A DNA stretch of 32,000 nt from Candidatus Heimdallarchaeota archaeon (GCA_030149205.1 JASBSB010000001.1:660001-692000), one strand, 5' to 3'. Positions 8,156 to 16,395 are shown, counted from the stretch's first letter. Notes: generated by a model not told the origin, from the letters alone. Translations and numbers: made by a program.

Positions 8156-8685
8156 TCGGTCTCCTCCTTAAATTCTTCTTCAGCCTCTTCTTCAAGAGGT
8201 TCCTCTTCTTCAAGAGCGTCTTCCAATAGTTCATCCTCCTCATCTTCAAACTCGAAGTCATCCTCTGAGAATTCTTCATCCGTGAATTCTGATTCATGAC
8301 GCCTTACAATTGGATTGAGGATGTGAATTTCCATCTCTTCTGCTCTTTCAATGATCAAGGTTCTCTTTCTGCTACCGACAGTCCTTCCAATCTGTGCGAC
8401 TTGTGTGTCGGGATCAACTTTTTGTAAATCATCCAGGTTGTGCACTCGCACAATCTCGAAACCTGATGGGTGAAGCCCTCTAACCAGTTTGGGATTTCTA
8501 TAGCCCACATTTGGAGATTTACGTTTTCCCTTCAGCTTGTGACGCATCTTACTGTCAATACCACGAGGTCTTCTCCAAGTGGTTTGAATACGTTTTAACC
8601 TGTGCCATTCGGCTCTTAGAAACTTTGGTCTTCTCTTGTTTTTCTTAGACCTAAGTCGCAATAGTCTATCTTTCTTTTCACTCAT
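8152..8685 (-). CDS. rpl32e: 50S ribosomal protein eL32 with a long acidic C-terminal extension
   Basis: RPKFLRAEWH, WRRPRGIDSKMR, P.VGYRNP...RGLHPSG; final ~45 residues are E/D-rich; AAGGAG Shine-Dalgarno upstream. Confidence 0.97.
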   Translation of the reverse strand: MSEKKDRLLRLRSKKNKRRPKFLRAEWHRLKRIQTTWRRPRGIDSKMRHKLKGKRKSPNVGYRNPKLVRGLHPSGFEIVRVHNLDDLQKVDPDTQVAQIGRTVGSRKRTLIIERAEEMEIHILNPIVRRHESEFTDEEFSEDDFEFEDEEDELLEDALEEEEPLEEEAEEEFKEETE

Positions 8686-8827
8686 AGTAATTACTCCTTG
8701 AGTTATATTGACTAATCCGCTTCAATCAATCGTCAAATTCGATATCAAACAGTTGTTGATCGACGTTGGTGCTTTACGCAGAGGAAACGACCGACCGAAG
8801 TGGTTTCACACTTGGAAACCTAATGAT
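8686..8827 (-). promoter_or_regulatory. Structured 5' leader (~140 nt) of the rpl32e operon
   Basis: 14-bp helix 8800-8787/8733-8720 with four G-U pairs, two nested hairpins and a 5' hairpin at 8802-8820. The transcription start near 8827 is inferred from the TATA position. Confidence 0.6.
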
Positions 8828-8849
8828 TATACTTCTCCATCAATTATGT

Positions 8850-8857
8850 TATTAAAA
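8850..8857 (-). promoter_or_regulatory. Probable TATA box for the rpl32e operon
   Basis: TTTTAATA on the minus strand, about 30 nt upstream of the first leader hairpin. Confidence 0.45.
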
Positions 8858-8914
8858 GCTAAATGGTAAATTACAGATTTCGTGGCTTGAAAGAATCAGC
8901 GAACTATTCATGTT

Positions 8915-9220
8915 TTATTCTGCTTCGATCGCATGAACCTTGTCTTCCATGACTCTTTCTTTATCCCTTCTGTCATCAATTTTTAGTGTGGTTACAACAC
9001 GATCTGCTCCCATCTTAAAGATAGCCTCATGTGCTAGTTTTGTGACCTTTAAGATCTCATCAACTGAATTTGCCTCTATCACAGTTCCCATAGGATGATG
9101 AAGGACCCGAATCTCAGGATACGCATCTATCTCCCTTACAGCTGCTCTTACATATTTACTTAATGAAACACTCTCTCCTACAGGAGAACATACCAATTCT
9201 GCAATAACCTTGTACGACAT
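8915..9220 (-). CDS. MTH1187/YkoF-family thiamine-binding protein
   Basis: IAELVCSPVG..VSLSKYV, PMGTVIE, RVVTTLKIDDRRDK. Start placed at the ATG at 9220 after GGAG. Confidence 0.9.
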   Translation of the reverse strand: MSYKVIAELVCSPVGESVSLSKYVRAAVREIDAYPEIRVLHHPMGTVIEANSVDEILKVTKLAHEAIFKMGADRVVTTLKIDDRRDKERVMEDKVHAIEAE

Positions 9221-9294
9221 AAACTCCAATTCGGACAAACTTTATAGCTTCAATGATAACACCATTGTTAATACATCTGTTTCAAGTCACTATA

Positions 9295-9302
9295 TTTAAA
9301 AA
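9295..9302 (+). promoter_or_regulatory. Probable TATA box for the rpl1-rplP0-rpl12 operon
   Basis: TTTAAAAA preceded by TATA; implies a transcription start near 9325. Confidence 0.5.
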
Positions 9303-9345
9303 ACAGAAAAGTTCAGGTAAATCACAGAGGTTAATCAATCTCTAA

Positions 9346-9379
9346 CCTGCGTTTGACTGAAGGTTAATTCAGGAGCAGG
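9346..9379 (+). promoter_or_regulatory. uL1-binding RNA element (autoregulatory operator) in the rpl1 5' UTR
   Basis: CCUGC-GUUUGA-CUGAA-(GGUUAA)-UUCAG-GA-GCAGG: two helices flanking a 6x2 internal loop with G-GA-G / C-G....A-C, the known uL1 target geometry. Confidence 0.7.
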
Positions 9380-9386
9380 AGGTGAT
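9377..9386 (+). promoter_or_regulatory. Extended Shine-Dalgarno sequence for rpl1
   Basis: AGGAGGTGAT is complementary to the usual archaeal 16S 3' end (…AUCACCUCCU) and ends 5 nt before the ATA at 9392. Confidence 0.8.
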
Positions 9387-9391
9387 GACAG

Positions 9392-10042
9392 ATAGATCAC
9401 AACACAATACTAACAGCAGTAAACAAGATGAAAGAAGTCTCAAAGGAAAGAAAATTTGTCGAAAGTGTTGATATCTCTATAGGTCTGAAAGATGTAAACT
9501 TAAAGGATCCAAGTAAGAGGTTTAGAGCAGAAATTGTTCTACCTCATAAGCCAAACAAAGCAGCAAGAATTGCAGTTGTCGGAACCACAGATATCTTAGA
9601 ACGAGTGAAAGAACTCAATGTTCAACAGATGTTGAGTGATACCGATGTTGAAAACATTGCAAAAGACCCCAAGGCTGCTAAAGGCTTTGTCAAAGACATA
9701 GATTATGTCCTTGCGATCCCTCAGATGATGGCGATAGTTGGTAAAAATCTTGGACGATTTTTAGGGCCAGTTGGTAAAACACCCAGTGTGTTACCACCTA
9801 ACGCTGAGTTTGAAAGTTTCTTAGACCGATATCAAAGAATCTGCAAATTACGACTTAGGCAGAATCCTGTGATTCATGCAAGAGTTGCAACCAGAGATAT
9901 GGAAAACAACGACATAGCTGAAAATGTGGAAGTGGTGTTAAGAGAGCTTGAAAAAAGACTCGATAATGGCCCACACAATATTAAACATGTCCATATCAAA
10001 ACCACAATGGGTCCAGCTGTCGAGATAGGAGGCACAAACTGA
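9392..10042 (+). CDS. rpl1: 50S ribosomal protein uL1 (start re-assigned to ATA 9392; the ORF track uses ATG 9428)
   Basis: RKFVESVDISIGLK, EIVLPH, LGRFLGP.GK.P, IKTTMGPAV. The 12 codons before ATG 9428 encode the conserved N-terminal helix. Confidence 0.97.
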   Translation: MDHNTILTAVNKMKEVSKERKFVESVDISIGLKDVNLKDPSKRFRAEIVLPHKPNKAARIAVVGTTDILERVKELNVQQMLSDTDVENIAKDPKAAKGFVKDIDYVLAIPQMMAIVGKNLGRFLGPVGKTPSVLPPNAEFESFLDRYQRICKLRLRQNPVIHARVATRDMENNDIAENVEVVLRELEKRLDNGPHNIKHVHIKTTMGPAVEIGGTN

Positions 10043-10971
10043 TGAATCCAAGACGAATCAGGAAACAAGAGGCCTTAGCTAAATTGACAGATTTAATCAC
10101 GTCTCACAAAAACATAGGTGTGATTACTATGCAACCAATGAGTGGTTCATCAATCCATCAAATACGTCGAGACCTGAGAGAGAGCAATGCCAAATTGGTG
10201 GTGAGCAGAAATACCATCATGAGAATGGCTCTTGAACAAACGAAAAAGAAAAAGAAAAATGTGGAAGCTCTGGAACAATATGTGACAGGAAATGCTGCAT
10301 TTCTCTTTTCTGATGAAAACGTGTTCCAAGTAGCAAAATACCTTGATTCTAACAAGGTACCTGCGCCTGCTCGCCCAGGACAAATTGCTCCAATAGATGT
10401 GTTAGTTCCAAAAATGAATACTGGAGTTCCACCTGGAACGTTCATTGGAGAACTTAACGCAGTTGGACTTCCAACCAGAATTGAGAGAGGTACAATTGCT
10501 ATACCCGACGATACAGTAGTCGTTAAGGCTGGAGAAAAAGTCAGTAAAACATTGGCTAATATCCTTAGTAGACTGGGTATAACCCCATTCAAAGTTGGCC
10601 TTCAACTTGACGCAGCCGTATCTGATGGTATCCTTATAGAAAAGGATGGATTATTAACAGATTATCCTGGTATGCTGGCAACAGCACATCATCAGGCAGT
10701 TAATTTAGCCGCTAGAATTGGATATGTCACAGAAGAGACTGCTAATGCAGTTATTGGTTCTGCACAATCTGAGGCACTTGCTCTCCTGAGAGTGATTGTC
10801 AGTGCAGACCCCAACGCTGTGCCTGAAGAACTTAGGACTTTAGCTCAATCCGCAGCTCAAGTTCAAACAACACCCTCTGAAACTGATTCAGCTGATACAG
10901 CAGAAGATGAGGAAGAGGAAGAAGAAGAGGTGGACGAAGCAGACCTTGGTCTCGGTTCACTGTTCGGATAA
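10042..10971 (+). CDS. rplP0: 50S ribosomal protein uL10 (archaeal P0)
   Basis: VSRNT.M..AL, PAPARPGQIAP.DV.VP..NTG.PPG, acidic tail ending GLGSLFG; TGATG overlap with rpl1. Confidence 0.98.
   Translation: MNPRRIRKQEALAKLTDLITSHKNIGVITMQPMSGSSIHQIRRDLRESNAKLVVSRNTIMRMALEQTKKKKKNVEALEQYVTGNAAFLFSDENVFQVAKYLDSNKVPAPARPGQIAPIDVLVPKMNTGVPPGTFIGELNAVGLPTRIERGTIAIPDDTVVVKAGEKVSKTLANILSRLGITPFKVGLQLDAAVSDGILIEKDGLLTDYPGMLATAHHQAVNLAARIGYVTEETANAVIGSAQSEALALLRVIVSADPNAVPEELRTLAQSAAQVQTTPSETDSADTAEDEEEEEEEVDEADLGLGSLFG
10909..10971 (+). repeat. P0 C-terminal 20 codons; identical in protein to the aP1 tail at 11229-11291
   Basis: Both encode [20 protein letters not shown] and differ at many synonymous positions. 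Confidence 0.9.
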
Positions 10972-10988
10972 AACAATAGGTGAAAACA

Positions 10989-11291
10989 ATGGAATATTTA
11001 TATGCCGCTTTATTATTACACAAAGCTGGAAAAGATGTAACTGAAGATACCCTCACCGCTGTCTTAAAAGCTGCTGGTGTTGAGGTTGATGAAAACAGAG
11101 TAAAATCCCTGGTTGCCGCCCTTAAGGGTGTAAACATTGATGAAGCTCTTCAATCTGCTGCAATGGTAGCTGCCACTCCTATGGCTGGTGGTGCTGGCGC
11201 AGCTGAAGCAGAGGAAGAAAAACCTGCTGAAGAAGAGGAAGAGGAAGAAGTTGATGAAGCAGACCTTGGATTAGGTTCATTATTTGGTTAA
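10989..11291 (+). CDS. rpl12: Ribosomal stalk protein aP1 (L12p)
   Basis: [14 protein letters not shown]...E..L..VLKAAG; GGTGA Shine-Dalgarno supports ATG 10989 over GTG 10980. Confidence 0.98.
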   Translation: MEYLYAALLLHKAGKDVTEDTLTAVLKAAGVEVDENRVKSLVAALKGVNIDEALQSAAMVAATPMAGGAGAAEAEEEKPAEEEEEEEVDEADLGLGSLFG

Positions 11292-11345
11292 AATTAGTTT
11301 AGTACAAAACTCAAAAGTTCTTTAAACCTTAACTTAAATTTAATT

Positions 11346-12350
11346 ATGGATTATTCGATCTTAACTATTGGTTCACATTCAGCCCTTCAGATATTAAAAG
11401 GTGCAAGGGATGAAGGATTCAACACCATAGCAATAGTCAAAAAAGGGACGGAAAGACCATACAGGAGCTTTGGGGTTGCAGACCAAATTATTACTTTGGA
11501 TGATTGGAGAGACTTTGAAGATAAGCTGGATGAAATAGATTCTGGAAACCCGATTTTAATTCCCCATGGTTCTCTAATTTCATATCTCGGAATAGAAAGA
11601 ATAAAAAATTTAAAAGGTTTGTATTTTGGTGACAAAGAGATCCTTAAATGGGAAGCTGATCGAAATCTCGAGATGGAATGGTTCAAGAGTGCTGGGATAA
11701 GGACTCCTATAACCTTTGAAACTCCTGATGAGGTTGATCGTCCAGTTATTGTCAAATTCTTTGGGGCTGGAGGAGGAGATGGATATATATTTGCAAAAAA
11801 CCATGATGATCTGGAAAAGAAATTACAGGACATTCCGACCTCTGCAAGATATTTGATCCAGGAGTATCTAATAGGAACACCCTTCTATATTCATTATTTT
11901 TATTCCCCGTTAAATCAGGAACTTGAAGTTATGAGCTTTGACAAGAGGTACGAGACCTCTGTGGATGCCCTTGGGAGAATCCCCGCAGCAACTCAGATTG
12001 AGCTTGACATAAAGCCAAACTATTTGGTTATAGGAAATCAACCACTGGTGATAAGAGAATCATATTTATCCAAAGTTTTCGAATTGGGAGATAAAATGGT
12101 GGAATCTGGAAAAAATATAAGCTCTAAAGGGCTGATTGGACCTTTTTGCCTTGAGACAGTTATCACAGAAAAAGGAGAAATCGTCCCATTTGAAATTTCA
12201 GCACGAATCGTCGCGGGAACGAACCCCTTTATCAATGGCTCACCCTACACATGGTTGAGGTATAACGAACCGATGTCAACTGGAAGAAGAATTGCCAGAG
12301 AGATTAAAAATGCAATTGCTGATAATAAATTGGATGAAATTACCACTTGA
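11346..12350 (+). CDS. purP: 5-formaminoimidazole-4-carboxamide ribonucleotide synthetase (ATP-grasp)
   Basis: TIGSHSALQILKGARDEGF, IPHGS, IVKF.GA.GG.GY, D.RYE, GN.P.V.RES, GPFCLE, FEISARIVAGTN. Confidence 0.93.
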   Translation: MDYSILTIGSHSALQILKGARDEGFNTIAIVKKGTERPYRSFGVADQIITLDDWRDFEDKLDEIDSGNPILIPHGSLISYLGIERIKNLKGLYFGDKEILKWEADRNLEMEWFKSAGIRTPITFETPDEVDRPVIVKFFGAGGGDGYIFAKNHDDLEKKLQDIPTSARYLIQEYLIGTPFYIHYFYSPLNQELEVMSFDKRYETSVDALGRIPAATQIELDIKPNYLVIGNQPLVIRESYLSKVFELGDKMVESGKNISSKGLIGPFCLETVITEKGEIVPFEISARIVAGTNPFINGSPYTWLRYNEPMSTGRRIAREIKNAIADNKLDEITT

Positions 12351-12362
12351 GTTGAGAAATTT

Positions 12363-13493
12363 ATGACTGAGTTAAAAGAAAAAATTGACAGAGTACTTGA
12401 ATCGTATGATCTTGATGACTTAACTATTGGTGTTCTTGGAGGTCACTCAGCGTTGGATGTCTGTCGTGGAGCTAAAATAAAGGGTTTGAAAACACTCGTG
12501 GTTGCGATGAGAGGAAGAGAGAAAACGTACACTAAATATTACAAATCATCTCAAAAACATGGTGTGGTTGATGAAGTGATTGTACTTGATCATTTTTCGG
12601 ACATTGTCAGCGAAGAGGTTCAAGAACAGCTAAGAAAGAAAAACACGATATTTATTCACAACAGATACTTTTGGGTCTATTGTAATTTTGAGGAAATTGA
12701 GAGCAAATTTATTGTCCCTATTTATGGATCTAGAAAGATGCTGAAGCTAGAAGAAAGACATTTACAACCTAATCAATATGATCTACTTCGTCAGGCAAAT
12801 ATTCGCATTCCCAAAATATTCAAGAACCCAGAAGATATTAATTCTCTGGCAATCGTGAAAGCAAACGAGGCATTGAGAGGTTACGAAAGGGCATTCTTTT
12901 ATGTTACTAACTATGATGACTATCACCGGGTTTCAAAACAGCTTATAGAGAAAGGTCAAATTTCAGAAGAAGGACTAAAAAGCGCTACAATTGAAGAATT
13001 TGTTCTTGGGGCTCAAGTAAATTTTAACTTCTTTTATTCCCCCCTGGATGAATCTATAGATTTTATGGGTACAGACACCAGAAGACAAACTAACCTAGAT
13101 GGCATTCTTAGACTACCTGCAGACCAGCAATTAAAGATTTTAGAAAAGGTAAAGGTAAAAATGATTGAAAATGGACATCAAGCAGTTACTATTAAGGAGA
13201 GTCTCATTGAAAAGGCATTTTCAATGGCAGAAAAGTTTGTGCTGTCTTCAAAAAAATTTAGTCCTCCAGGAATAATTGGCCCATTTGGACTTCAAGGAGC
13301 AGTAACAGCCGAAGAGGGAAAAGAGGAGATTGTGATTTTTGACGCTTCGCTCAGAATTCCTGGTTCACCTGGAACAATCTTTACACCTTACACAGGTTAC
13401 AAGTATTTAGAACACCTCAGTTATGGAGATCGAATTGCAATGGAAATAGTGGAAGCAGTTAAACAAAATAAACTGAAAGAAATTTGTACCTAA
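12363..13493 (+). CDS. purP: PurP-like paralogue (ATP-grasp)
   Basis: IGVLGGHSALDV, GYERAFF, DTRRQTNLDG, GIIGPF.LQ, RIPGSPG, G.RIAMEI. Confidence 0.85.
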   Translation: MTELKEKIDRVLESYDLDDLTIGVLGGHSALDVCRGAKIKGLKTLVVAMRGREKTYTKYYKSSQKHGVVDEVIVLDHFSDIVSEEVQEQLRKKNTIFIHNRYFWVYCNFEEIESKFIVPIYGSRKMLKLEERHLQPNQYDLLRQANIRIPKIFKNPEDINSLAIVKANEALRGYERAFFYVTNYDDYHRVSKQLIEKGQISEEGLKSATIEEFVLGAQVNFNFFYSPLDESIDFMGTDTRRQTNLDGILRLPADQQLKILEKVKVKMIENGHQAVTIKESLIEKAFSMAEKFVLSSKKFSPPGIIGPFGLQGAVTAEEGKEEIVIFDASLRIPGSPGTIFTPYTGYKYLEHLSYGDRIAMEIVEAVKQNKLKEICT

Positions 13494-13571
13494 ATTAAGA
13501 TCATCCTCCTAAATTCAATTATTCCTTCTCTATGTGGAAACTGATTTCTAGCGTGATTTCTAGAGCTTTGA

Positions 13572-14384
13572 TTAGATACCATAGATTATAGGTAAAACTA
13601 CATAATTTACTTTTACTACAGAACCCGGGGGTATATCGGGAAAGTTTATGCTTTGATACACAGTTTGAGTATCTACCTGAGTCAAAACCAGACCATTTGT
13701 GTTAGCTTGGACTGAATTTGTGGTAATCACGGTAGCTCCACGGGTTAACCGTAATGTCCATTGAGGTGCAGATATTGGGAAGTCTACTGAATCTGCTGTA
13801 ATCTGCACTATAAAAATATTTAACGTAAATGTGTTAGATTGGTTTACTAGATTCACATTACCTCTAAAATACTGCCAGTAGGTTGCATTTCCAGATTTTA
13901 TATCAACCCTTGAAACTGAAAAGGCAAAGGTTGTAATTGTTTGATTCGTTAGCAATGTGTTTTCTTCTACTGCTCTTCCTAAATAATGTGAATTGCTCAC
14001 TCCCTGGTAATTTTTGAGAACTTCAGCCTTAAACAATCCCAAATCGGTCGAAAACTGTGACGTGTTTTGACCAGAAACTGCAAAGGTGACCTGTTTGCCT
14101 GAATTAACAGAGAACGATGCATCGTTGGATAACATATGAACCTGAGTTGTACTACTTTGAGGAAGAGAAACCAGCTTTGCAACTTGAGTTTCTATATTCA
14201 AAAACGTGAATTCTTGGTTACTTGATTTAGAGGATGCATCATAACCAATTACTGTAGGAGATATCTGACTGTACAATAAACTCATTGCTACAGACATCAT
14301 CATAAAAACCAGCATCGTTGCGATGATACTTGATCCAGATTTCCTTGCATTAAGAAAACTTTTGAATTTTGGAATCATTATCAT
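13572..14384 (-). CDS. Archaeal type IV pilin-like protein (class III signal peptide)
   Basis: Basic N-terminus ending RKSG followed immediately by SSIIATMLVFMMMSVAMSLLY, then a polar, beta-rich body. Confidence 0.55.
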   Translation of the reverse strand: MIMIPKFKSFLNARKSGSSIIATMLVFMMMSVAMSLLYSQISPTVIGYDASSKSSNQEFTFLNIETQVAKLVSLPQSSTTQVHMLSNDASFSVNSGKQVTFAVSGQNTSQFSTDLGLFKAEVLKNYQGVSNSHYLGRAVEENTLLTNQTITTFAFSVSRVDIKSGNATYWQYFRGNVNLVNQSNTFTLNIFIVQITADSVDFPISAPQWTLRLTRGATVITTNSVQANTNGLVLTQVDTQTVYQSINFPDIPPGSVVKVNYVVLPIIYGI

Positions 14385-14434
14385 TAAAGTACAAATAACT
14401 ATGAGGAATAATTTATATTAAGTTTTGTGAATAC

Positions 14435-15430
14435 TTAAGAACTAAAATGTGTCCATCCTCTAAATTCTAAAATTTCACCGCTATCTAATGAAACAGAATG
14501 AGCTTCAGAAACTGCACCAATTTGGATGGCGTTATATTTTGCCAATATTTTCAGTTCTAGATCTGTAAGGTGTTGATCCGCAGCAAAAATTATTCCTAGT
14601 TCTTCTCCACCGTAATAAACAGCCTCATCAATGATCATCTGGTATTCCTGTTGAGAAAACAGGTTGTGAGAAATATTGATTCCTATTTTTCTCTTGTCAA
14701 GAACAATCCCTCTTTCAGTTCCTTTGATCAGTTGATACAGCGATTTAACCAAACCATCAGAGCAATCTATTGAAGATTTAATTTTATGACCCAATGAACC
14801 GAGTACCTCTCTAAATTCAGGGTAAGTATTGGGATACTCATAGTCTGTCACTAACTTTGAAGAGTAGGTAGTTTCTGGAAGTTTCCCAAGTAAAAGTTGT
14901 AATGCTAAGGCAGTTTCACCAAACTTCGGACCAATCCAATAAAGATGGTCGCCAACTAAAAGTGTATTGCTAATTCTTGGTACGGGGCGATCGAGTCTGT
15001 TATCAAGGGTTCCCACCACTACAACATCGACTACCACATCATTAGCTTGGTTAAGGTCCCCCCCAAGAAATTTTAATTCATATTTATCACATGCCTTCCT
15101 AACCCCTTTGATGATCTCTAAAGAGTCTTCTATAAAATAGGTATTAGGGAGGCTTAATGATAGAAGAATCGTCTGAGGAATCCCTCCTTTCACAATTATG
15201 TCACTAATTGCATTTATTACAGCCCTGTACCCAGCAGGTTTTGGCTTTAAAGCAATAGGGACATCCGTTGAAAACACCAAACCATCAATATTTATTAGCT
15301 GTATAGAATCACTGGGAGGAATTGCCACAGCATCGTCCTCTTTACCAAGGTATTCTGGAGTATCTAAATAGCTCTGAATTAAAGTGATCCACTCATCTTC
15401 ACCGACTTGTGCTAAGACTCTCTTTCCCAA
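14435..15430 (-). CDS. thiL: Thiamine-monophosphate kinase (TTG start)
   Basis: GEDEWI, DDAVAI, NAISDI..KGG.P, LGGD, SSIDCSDGL, GGEE. Confidence 0.85.
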   Translation of the reverse strand: MGKRVLAQVGEDEWITLIQSYLDTPEYLGKEDDAVAIPPSDSIQLINIDGLVFSTDVPIALKPKPAGYRAVINAISDIIVKGGIPQTILLSLSLPNTYFIEDSLEIIKGVRKACDKYELKFLGGDLNQANDVVVDVVVVGTLDNRLDRPVPRISNTLLVGDHLYWIGPKFGETALALQLLLGKLPETTYSSKLVTDYEYPNTYPEFREVLGSLGHKIKSSIDCSDGLVKSLYQLIKGTERGIVLDKRKIGINISHNLFSQQEYQMIIDEAVYYGGEELGIIFAADQHLTDLELKILAKYNAIQIGAVSEAHSVSLDSGEILEFRGWTHFSS

Positions 15431-16395
15431 TATAACTCTTGATTCATAACAACGCTTCTTATCTTAAAGACTTGTGTTGAACCTTCAATAATTTCATAAC
15501 TCTGCGCCAGCATTTCTCCCAAGCCAATCAATTCTCCTTTTGCAGTTTTTGCTGCAACAAGGGAACCAGGTACAAGGTTAACTGAGTAACCTAAGACCCC
15601 ATTTGATCCTAGGGGGATACCATGGCATACATTTTTGACGGCTGAGTTTTTTACAATGATCTCTGGAAGATGTGGTACGGCTACCTCAACTGGCAAAATC
15701 AATTTACGGAGCTCACTTTCATCATTTGACTCCTTATAATCCATGTATGCATCAAATAATTGATGCAAGGTTACACAGGTGTCTTCCGTAAACACACCTG
15801 TCTTAATTCTTCTAAGTTCTGACATATGTGATAGACAGCCATTTGCTCGACCCATATCTTCACATAAAGTACGAATGTATGTGCCTGCCTCACAACTGAC
15901 CTCAAACAAAAGCTCATTTTCCTTGGTTTCAAGAATTTCTAAGGAATAGATCTCCCTTTTTCTTAGTCTTCTTTTTACATTTGACTCCAAGGGTGGAAAC
16001 TGATAAATTTCCCCTAAGAAATTTTCTCTGACTGACTCCCAACTACCTAAAGGTTTTGATGTTGATTTAAGCACTGCTATATAGGATTTGGGAAGTAGAT
16101 GAAGTGTGTGCAATACTTTGGTTGATCTTAACAACCCGATCGGTAAAACTCCAGAGACATGAGGGTCTAAAGTTCCAGCATGACCTGCTTTTGAAATTCC
16201 TAAAATTTTCTTAACTGTGGCAACCACATCGTGAGAGGTTGGTCCGTAAGGTTTGTCTAAATTGATAAACCCTGTTTCGATGAGGGCTTCTATAGGTCTC
16301 TCAAATGGAGTAAAGCCAATATCTGCAGTTTTATCTGCTTGAAACTCATCATCATCTATAATTTTAGTGTTTAGCTTAAATTCAATATGGCTCAT
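15412..16395 (-). CDS. cbf5: H/ACA RNA-guided pseudouridine synthase Cbf5
   Basis: INLDKP.GPTSH, GHAGTLDP (catalytic Asp), YQFPP.ES.VKR.LR.R, CEAGTYIRTLC, ELRR, C-terminal PUA domain. Confidence 0.96.
   Translation of the reverse strand: MSHIEFKLNTKIIDDDEFQADKTADIGFTPFERPIEALIETGFINLDKPYGPTSHDVVATVKKILGISKAGHAGTLDPHVSGVLPIGLLRSTKVLHTLHLLPKSYIAVLKSTSKPLGSWESVRENFLGEIYQFPPLESNVKRRLRKREIYSLEILETKENELLFEVSCEAGTYIRTLCEDMGRANGCLSHMSELRRIKTGVFTEDTCVTLHQLFDAYMDYKESNDESELRKLILPVEVAVPHLPEIIVKNSAVKNVCHGIPLGSNGVLGYSVNLVPGSLVAAKTAKGELIGLGEMLAQSYEIIEGSTQVFKIRSVVMNQELYWERES

Noticed and set aside
8686-8827. 5S rRNA, SRP RNA or tRNA as the identity of the structured segment
   Set aside because: It lacks the 5S loop C CCGAAC-type motif, the SRP helix 8 motif and a cloverleaf or TTCRA loop.
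10909-11291. Identical P0 and aP1 tails as a recent duplication or gene conversion
   Set aside because: The codons differ at many synonymous sites; the shared factor-binding tail is a known feature of stalk proteins.
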